From contig JBHGNT010000008.1 of the NCBI GenBank assembly GCA_043228905.1, positions 14,756,001 to 14,820,000 on the forward strand: DNA of 64,000 nt, in the 5' to 3' direction. Made by a program: the position numbers and the translations under genes. Source of the DNA: Azolla caroliniana. Its lineage: Eukaryota > Plantae > Polypodiophyta. Under the pieces are notes generated by a model. It had not been told where the DNA came from and did not search any database. It saw nothing but the letters and a program-made list of their open reading frames with translations. Positions 55,651 to 64,000 of this stretch are shown piece after piece; position 1 is the first letter of the stretch; each line of letters opens with the position of its first letter.

Positions 55651-58086
55651 TTATTTACTTCCTATTATCCGATCCGACTCCAACTCCAACTGAGTTGCGA
55701 GCTGCCCGTCATCCAACCTCTCTACCAACCCTCGGATTTCTTTGAGATGTTCTTCCGCTAAAGCGTAGAAATCCTCCGACAATTCTTCCCGAATGGCGAC
55801 GATACTTTCTTCATCCATCTTGTAGAACTTGTCACCGGTCTTCCTCCGATTCTCGGCATCAGCTCGGAGTGTCTGCAGCTCGGCTGCCTGTTGTGACCAC
55901 TCCTTCCATAGCTTTTCCGTACTTTCGTTGATGCTTGCCTGAGCTCGGGTACTCCAACATGACATGATGAGCTTGATCCGATCAACCCCCGCTTTAGCAT
56001 GCGCATAAGCTTCTTGCTTTTCCTTCCTTGCCCGTTTTATAATGTCGGCCATTATCTGAGCCTGGGCTTCGTAATCCGCTTTCTGCTTTTCATAGGCACT
56101 TTGCAGTTTGTTGATCGTGAAGGTCGATCTTTCCTTTTCTTCATTCCTGATCTTGGTCAGATCCAGCTTTTCCCGCCTTAGCGCCTCTAATTCCTTCCTT
56201 CTCTCTGTCGCTTGGGTTATTTCCGCCGACAATGCTTCCTTTTTGGCACTGACCTCATCCATTGTCTTAGCCAGGTCTAATCGGGTCTCTTTGAGTTGTT
56301 CTTTCAGCTTCTCTATTTGCCGGTCGTAGTCTGCTGCCCGTTTCTTGTTGTCCGACTCGGCCTACTTGTGATCTCGGTAGAGTCGGTCAAAGTCCTCCGT
56401 CTTCTGCTTCAGGTGTCGGCTTACCTGAGCTCTTAACCGGTCGTCCTGGTCCTTCTGTTGTCGGAGTTCTTCCTGCAGTCACTCTATCTCCTGCTCGGCC
56501 TGTCGACGCAGTCGGTCCTTCTCCTTTTGCAGCTTTTCTTTTTCTTTTTGCAGTCGGTCATTAGTGGCTCGGCCTTTCCGGAGGCCTTCTTCCATTCTTC
56601 GTATGTCGTCCTCCACCGCTTTCCGCTGCTCCCTTTCTTTTTCCCTTAATGCCTCCTGAGCTTTTAACTCCTCTCGCAAGGTTTCTATTATTTTTTCGGT
56701 CTCAGGGCCGATTTGCAAGGCTACCGGTTCCGGTTCCGGTTCCGGTTGCTTCCTTGTTGTCCCGACCGGCTCGGTGACAACTTGTGCTTGTTGAATTCCT
56801 TCCCTCGCCTGCAACAGCTCCCCTTGCAACTCCTGGATCTGTGTTCGGAGCGCGACCAACTCCTGGGTTGTTGTATGTGTCAGGTGTTGCCTACACGTGT
56901 CTTCTTCCTCTAACTGGTCCGCTACTCCCGATACCTGCTCCGAAAGCCATCTCAGCCATTCTGGCTTTGTGCTTCCTGTGTCGGAGTAGCATTGCTCACT
57001 TCTACTCCTTAACTCAGGTTGTTTTTCCGGCCTTTTCTCTGGCTCCGGCGCTTGTTCATTCCTCTTCTCTGGAATGATCGGTTCTCTGAAGTCCGGCAAA
57101 ACCGGTGCCGGTGCGGGTTCCGGTCCTGCTTCCGCCCCGGCTACTGGAGGTGGTCCTTGCGCCCTCTGCTGAGTTCTGTCAACTGGTGGAGCCGGTCCTC
57201 TCGCCCGTCTCTCCCGACCTTGTCTTGCTGGGAGTCTTACCAGTGGTTCGGATGAGTCTTCTGCTTCAGCTTCCTCCTCCAGTGCGGCTACCAGACGGAC
57301 CTTTTGTATAAAGTCCTCTGGTTCCGGTTCCGGCCGTCACAGTGTTATATTGATTGGTTTGAGCACTATCGGTTCTTCCTCGGCCGGTTTTCCTTTGCCT
57401 TTTCCTGCCGGTTTTGCCTTTGTTGCCGGTTCCTGTTGCTGTCGGGATGGTCCTTCCTCCCGCTGTTCTGCTTCTTCCTGGGTCCATCCGGGGGTGTGTT
57501 TCTCCAGGATATGTCGGCACTTTGTGACCTTTTTCGGCGTCGTCTCCTGCCGACCTCTTTTCTTTTGTTTGATGGGGAGCACCAGTGGGACTAACACCGT
57601 TAGCCATTGTGCTATCCCGGCCCATGGCTTTTTTCCTTCCACAAGGTTCTTGATGGCCTCCTTCAATCCTTCGGTTATGAAATGGAGCCAGTCCACTTGT
57701 AATCCTTCGTACGTTGCAATTAGGAATGCTGCCCGGTACCTGGCTATGGCCGGGGGACGAGAATTCACGAATCCGTATTCCATCATGGCGCGGGCCACTT
57801 CTCCGAACAGCAGGTTCTCTCCGCCCTGTGTTCGGTACGCCTTGTTGCTGATGGAATACTCACCGAAATATTCGAACAGGATTTGACTTGAAGGGTTTTC
57901 GATCGTTTGAAGTCCTCCTGCTTTTATCCCCGTGAGCACCTGCACCGCTCCTTCCGTGACTTCTGATAAATCAATCGATGTTGCCGCCTGCTCCGGTTCT
58001 GCGTGTGGTGGAGCGTCGGCGATCTGCAGCAATCCTTCTAACCCGTTCTCTATCATCCATTGGCGTGCCTCTTCCGACAATGCCAT
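55651..58086 (-). pseudogene. Extra ORF downstream of pol (about 811 codons, three premature stops)
   Basis: ORFs 57337-58395, 56479-57099 and 55651-56262 share one frame; globular N-terminus, P/E-rich linker and long coiled-coil-like C-terminus. Confidence 0.8.
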
Positions 58087-58554
58087 TGGTTCAGATTCTT
58101 CTTCTGCTGTCTGTTGTTCGGGATCGGGATGTGTGTGCGCTGTGCGTCGGATCGCTCTTTTTTGCTTCTGCGCGTATGTGTAGGAAAATTCATAAAAAGT
58201 AAGTCCTTCGCAGGCCTGTGTCTTATATAGTGGCTTTTGCCTCGAGCCGCCCTTTTTCGCTTCCCGCGCATGTCTATCTCCTGCCATAATTAGCATGTCC
58301 TTTCTTGGTTGCCGCGTGTGCATATCTCCTGTCATTATTAGCAATTCTTCTCTTGATTGCCGTGCGTGCGTAATACCTCGTATGTCGGTGCCCACGTTCT
58401 ATGCTTTAAATAGCAAGTACGCGCACGTCCTCCTTTGCTTCATGGCGCCTCTTCGTTGCATGGTGGCGCTCCTACCTCTTGTGATCTCCCCATCATCATT
58501 ACTTTGATTTATTTTTTTATTTTTTATTTTTTATTTTTCTTTGTTTGGACCACG

Positions 58555-61500
58555 TCATTTTTCGGTCCCGCCCGATTTGTTCGGGTCTGTTCGCGCTGAT
58601 ACCGGAATCTCCTTCTGTCGGTTTTCCGGGATAGTCTTTGTCGGTATCGGTGTCGGTTCTTCCTCGGTCCGGATTTCTGCAGCAGCATCTGTTGGTGTCG
58701 ATTCCTCATCGTGCCGGATTTCCGGGTCTTGCTTGAACAGGTTGGCTGGCATATTTCCCTTATACGGCTTTAGCCGAAACCCATTTGCCCACTTACCGAT
58801 GACTTCTCCAGACAACGTGCCGAGCTGATATGACCCATTGTACTCCTTGGTGATCCAGAACGGTCCGGTCCACCGAAACCGCAACTTTCCCGGCATGTTC
58901 CCCATCTGTGTCTGGAATAGTAGCATCAGTTTTCCGACTTTGAACTCCTTTTCGTTGCCACGCCGGTGTCGGTCCACGAAAGCTTTTCTCCTCCTTTGCT
59001 CTAGTTCGAGTTGTAGTAAGCTGGCTATTCGGTTTTCTTCTAATTCCAACAACGTCGCCAGCCGGATTCGTTCGGACTCCTTCTCACTTAAGCGCTCCTT
59101 TACCTGGATCCGTAAGCTGGGGATCTGGAACTCTACCGGCATGACCGCTTCTACGCCGAATGCTAGTCGGAACGGGGTTGTCCGGATGCTGGTTTTGTAC
59201 GTTGTTCGGTATGCCCATAGCGCGCTCTGCAATTTCGTATCCCAGTCGGTCCGGTTCTCGTTGACGATTTTTCGTAGGATGTTCTGCAGAGTTTTGTTCG
59301 TCGATTCCGCTAGTCCATTGGCTTGAGGGTAGTAGGGAGTACTCCTTTTATGTACCACCGCGTAAAATGACATCAGCCTTTCTACTACCTGCCCGAGAAA
59401 GTGTCCTCCTTGGTCACTTATAAGCTCGATCGGGCATCCATACCGGCACCATATGCACTCGTACAGGAACTTTGCCGTGGACGCAGCCGTGTTGTCCCGT
59501 AAAGCCTTCGCTTCCACCCATTTGGTGCAATAGTCGGTCGCCACTATGACATACCGATTTCCAGTTCGCATTGCCGGTGGCTTGAAGGGACCGACAAAGT
59601 CCAAACCCCACTTTTGAAACGGTTCCAATGGCAAGACCGGGTGGTGTGGCATCCGGGCCTGCTCCGTGGGTTGGCCCAGTCGTTGACACAAATCGCATTC
59701 TCTGCTATACTTCACGGCATCTTTTAGGGTGGTGGGCCACCACAGTCCGCTCTGCCATATTTTCCGAGCGGTTGCGTCGCCGGCATAATGCCTGCCGGCA
59801 ATTCCACAGTGGGCTTCCCTGAGGATTAGATCCTTCTCATCACTCCGCACTGCTCATCTCCAGATGCCATCTGCCCCCTTGTGATGGAGGGTGTCTCCAA
59901 CCAAGCAGAAATGTCTGCTTCTTACTGCTACCCTTTTCCTTTCATCATGGTCCATGTTCTCCGGGGGTACTCCGGTGCTCAGGAACTGATGCATCTCGGT
60001 TAGCCACTTGTCTTCATCGGCTACCGTTGCATCCGTTTCCGGTTCCGTTGTGATCCGGAACACCTCAGCGTCGGGGATCTCATCCTGTACGCCGTCCCCT
60101 GCTTCTCCGAATTCGAGTCTGCTTAGGTGGTCCGCTACCGCATGCTGCGCCACGGGTCGGTGGAAAATGTCGAATTCAAATTCCTGTAACAGCAGTGTTC
60201 ATCGTGCAATTTTTCCCGTCAGGGATGCCTTCGAGACCAGGTAGAGTAGTGCCGAATGGTCGACATGGAAGCAAAACTTCCTTCCGAGCAAATAGTGCCT
60301 GTACTTTGTGACACTATACACCATTCCTAATGCCTCGCGTTCCATCGTAGAGTAGTTCCGTTCGGCTTTTGAGAGTTTCCGGCTTGCGTAGTACACCGGC
60401 CGGTACCATTTCGGCTCCGTGAGTTGCATCAGAACGTTGCCGATTGCTACGTCCGACGCGTCGATGAAGACGTGAAAGCTTTTACTCCAATCCGGCGGTT
60501 GCACCATCGGAGCTTGCGACAGCATAACCTTCAGCGCTTGGTAGGCTTTCTCCTCCGTCTCCGCCCATAGGAAGGGTACCCTGTGTACGGCGGCATGCAA
60601 TGGTGTAGCGAAGTCTGCGAGGTGCCGTATCATCCGGCTATGCCACCTTATTTGGCCCAGGAACCGGCTTAAAGCCTTTGCATTTTTTGGTACCGGTGCC
60701 TCGAGAATCGCCTTTACTTTATCCGGATCTACCGCGATTCCTTCCTTACTCACCACATGCCCTAGTAAGTTGCCGCTTGCCACTCCAAAGACACACTTGG
60801 CCGGGTTCAGACTCAACCGGTACTCGCGGCACTTCTCTAAGCACAGCCGGAGGTGATCGAGATGCTCTCCGTGCCGGCTGTAGACCGCGAAATCGTCAAG
60901 GAAGACCTGCATAAAACCGGGGATATATTCCCCGAAAATTTCCATTATTATCCTTTGAAAGGTCGCTGGGGCTGTCTTTAGTCCGAACATCATCATGACC
61001 GTGACGAACACTCCCCATTTCGTAACGAACGTTGTCTTCTCCTGGTTAGCCGGGTTCATTCGTATTTGGTTGTAACCGCTAAATCCATCCAGGAAGCTGT
61101 AAACTTCGTGGTCCGCTACCACATCTAGCACCCCGTCCGTAAATGGTAGTGGAAACGCATCGGTCACCGTTGCGGCATTTAGTTTCCGGTAGTCCACGCA
61201 TACCCGGATTTTGCCGTTCTTTTTCGGGACCACCACTATCGGACTCAGCCAGGTTGCCTGCTTGACCGGTCGGAAAAATCCGACCCGGAGGAGCTTATCA
61301 ATCTCCTACTTCACCTTTGCCGCATAATTCGGATTCATCCGGTACCTGCGTTGAGCGATCGGTTTCGCGTCCGTAGTTAGGTGAATTTGGTGCTGATAGA
61401 GCTGGGGGTCCAGCCCTCGCATGTCTTCGTATGACCACGCGAACACATCCTTGAAGTCTGTTAATAATGCTACCATTGCCTTCTTTTCTTCCTTCGGCAA

Positions 61501-64000
61501 TTCCTTTGCGACATTTACCGGTCGGGGCTTGTCTGTTGTGCCAAGGTCCACCTCCTCTAGTTGGGATGCTTTTACCCTCTGGGATATCATCATCTCCCTC
61601 TGTAGGGATTCCTACGCTTGTCGCAGTTCTCGGATCGCCGCTTGGTCCGGTTCGTCCGGCGTCGTGATGTACAATTCTACTGCCGCCGTGATATCCACCT
61701 CAAATAGTGGGACGATTCGTGGGTGTTCCTCGAGGTACCGATCGACTTCCTCGTCCGGTAATCCCTCCAACATGTTGATGCTTTCCGCATACAATGGAGT
61801 TGCTTCCTTACTGGCGATCACCCGTGGTTGCGTCGCTACTCGTACCTTTGTTTTCCCTCGCCGGAATGTGATCATGTTCCTTTGCCAGTTCTGCTTGATA
61901 TGCGCCGTTCGCAGCCATGGTCGTCCTAGCAGTAGGGGGTACGCGCCTTGTACATTCAGCTGCAGCACCACGGTCGATATCCGGAATACGTGGCCTCCGA
62001 TCGTTACTTCCAAATCCCGGATTAGCCCGGTCGGTCGGACTGAGCTGGTATCCGCCATGCGTAACCAGAAGGGGCATGGTTCCCATTCCCGGATGCCCAG
62101 GTTGTCGCATGTCTGTCGGCTGATGACATTTACCCCGGAACCTCCGTCAATGATTGTTCCGGCAATTTCCTTTCCTTTCACGATTGCTGTGATCGCCGGG
62201 CTACTTGTATCGACCACAACTGGTCCTTCCTCCGGGTTGGAGAAGAATGCCGGTGCTGGCGTTGGCTTCGGTTTGCTCACGGATGCTTGTAAGTCTGCCG
62301 TAAACCGTGGCACCAACTGTAGTAGCCGTGCTAACGACATCACGATTTGACAGTCCTGGAGCGCTTGCCACGTCGGGTTTTCTCCTGGCTGTATGATTTC
62401 TTCGTCTTTTGGCATATTTTGTTCTCTTACTTCTGCCGCATTCTGTTCATTGGCCTCCTTGATCCATTGCGCCGCTTGTTTTCTGATTGCCTCCTGGGCT
62501 TCCCACTCGGCAGTCTTCCCCTTTGACCGGGTTGTGACCTGTTGCACTTCCGTTATTTCGGTTGTAACCATGTTGACTGCCGGCTGCTTGTCATTGGTTT
62601 TGCTTGGGCATTGGTTACTATAATGGCCCTCCTTACGGCAGTAATAACAGTACACCTTGTGACTGTTGCTCGTTTCTCCTTTGTCCCCGGTTTGGAGGGT
62701 GGGTATACTTCGGCGGTCGTCTTCGGTTTTTCGGTTATCCGGTACCAATACCGGGTTGTCATTCCTTGCTGCCTCCCGACGTTCCTCTCTTCAGAAAAAT
62801 CCACGCTTCTGATTCCGTCGGAAATTTCGGTTCCCTTGTCGCCTCTCTTCTCTGCGTCGTTTGTATTCCGGGGATTCGTCTCGGTCCTACCGGTCCCGGG
62901 GGTAGCTATCTCTGCGTTTCTCCTCTCGGTCATAGTTATCGCGTCTTCTATCAGCGTATCTCTTACCGCGTTCGCGTTGGTAGCGGTTGTCTCTCCGGAA
63001 TCGATCCTCATCCGGGTTCTGATTGCGCGGTTCTATGTGTCGAACCGGTGCTGCCTGCCGATTTAACTGGTTATATTCGCATCGGTCCGTTGTATGGGCT
63101 CGAGAGTTGCAGATCATACATTGTGTCCGCAGGGTGCAGTCTACTGTTGAGTGGCCCGAATTTAGGCATGTTGTGCATTGTAAGGCCTGTCGGAACCTCA
63201 GGTCTTCCTCCTTCGGGAGTGCCCGGTGTAACATCCCCATCGACAAGAAGGAGCTAGTCTTGTCCATTTCTAAGACCCGATCAATAACTTGGTCCATTGT
63301 GCTGGTGCGGAAATCAAGGACTCCGCACATCGTTCGAAGTGGCTCTTTTAGCGCGGCCAAAAAGACTGCTTTGGCTTCGTCTTCGGGTGGTGCTCTCGTC
63401 AGTTGGCTGTGCAGGGTCTGAAACCAAATGATGAATTGTGGCACAGTCTCGTTCTCTTCCTGCCGGGTGGTGTAGAACTGCCCGACCAATTCCCTTTAAG
63501 CCTGAGGAATTTGGCCTTCAAGGCATCGAATGTGGCAAAGCTGCCCGGTAAGTGCTTTGCGTGCCATCGGGCTGCCAGTCCTTCTAAGGTCATGCTGAAT
63601 TCGGCGACTTTGGATCGTTCGGCTTCGGGCTCCGTCAGTCTTTGGGAGACATGGTTGGCTTCCCATGTTTGGAGGAATGCGTACACGTGTGCCTCCGCGT
63701 CGGGCTCATCCCGGTACTTTGGGTATGGGTACGGCATCGTGTCGTCCAACTGACTCTCCTGCTCTCTCCGCTCTCTGTCCGTTGTTGGCGTCGGTGTGCG
63801 AACCTTCGGTTCCTCCGCGGTTGGTGTCGGTATCCGCTCCTTCAGTTCCTCTGCGGGTGTTGCCGGTGTCCGGTCCTTGGGTTCCTCCGCGGGTGTTGTC
63901 GGTATCCACTCCTTCGGTTCCTTCGCGGGTGTTGTCGGTATCCGCTCCTTCGGTTCCTTCGCGGGTGTTGTCGGTATCCGGTCAGCCTCCCTCGGTGATT
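58555..64000 (-). pseudogene. Gypsy Gag-Pol (Gag, 3 CCHC, PR, RT, RNase H, IN)
   Basis: ORFs 62887-63489, 61612-62748 (IIDGGSG), 61306-61593, 60199-61236 (FLDDF), 59854-60153 and 58555-59850 share one frame separated by single stops; frame change near 63495. Confidence 0.92.
63790..63980. repeat. 36-bp tandem repeat (about 5 units) in the gag N-terminus
   Basis: Unit CGGTATCCGCTCCTTCGGTTCCTTCGCGGGTGTTGT; reads PTTPAKEPKERI in the gag frame. Confidence 0.9.

Larger units (their letters stand above)
55331..64000 (-). mobile_element. Gypsy family F element (non-chromovirus, Athila/Tat-like RT), 3' LTR about 55331-55611, continuing past the window
   Basis: Gag-Pol plus a downstream extra ORF; the LTR ends CAGACAACA 2 nt upstream of the host Copia gag ATG. 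Confidence 0.9.

Noticed and set aside
61421-63257. Long plus-strand ORFs (309, 217 and 174 aa) and similar ORFs elsewhere
   Set aside because: Antisense shadows of GC-rich gag-pol coding sequence.

Overview
The whole 64 kb window is a stack of nested retroelements with no recognisable host gene. It looks like plant heterochromatin; the element types suggest a bryophyte, which is inference. About 20 insertions were mapped by eye from LTR termini (TG...CA), tRNA primer-binding sites (PBS), polypurine tracts (PPT) and target-site duplications (TSD). They comprise several Ty1/copia families, three Ty3/gypsy types and one decayed LINE. Only one element is intact: a Copia at 34998-40522 with TSD GTATT, 509-bp LTRs differing at about 3 sites, and an uninterrupted Gag-Pol of about 1449 aa. 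Nesting reaches four levels. The most novel signal is that four highly diverged Gypsy-type LTRs each carry an antisense tRNA-like Pol III module near the 5' end of U3. In each, the A box and B box start exactly 43 nt apart, and in three of them the module lies upstream of an RY (CATGCA) cluster and the TATA box. Other notable items: a conserved hairpin that loops out the Copia PPT, duplicated PPTs, an ~811-aa extra ORF with its own TATA box in a Gypsy element, a Copia U3 module inside a Gypsy LTR, a Copia/Copia chimera joined at the protease motif, and an RTEX/L2-like LINE. Family labels A-F are informal names used only here. All coordinates and counts were read manually, and no database search was run.
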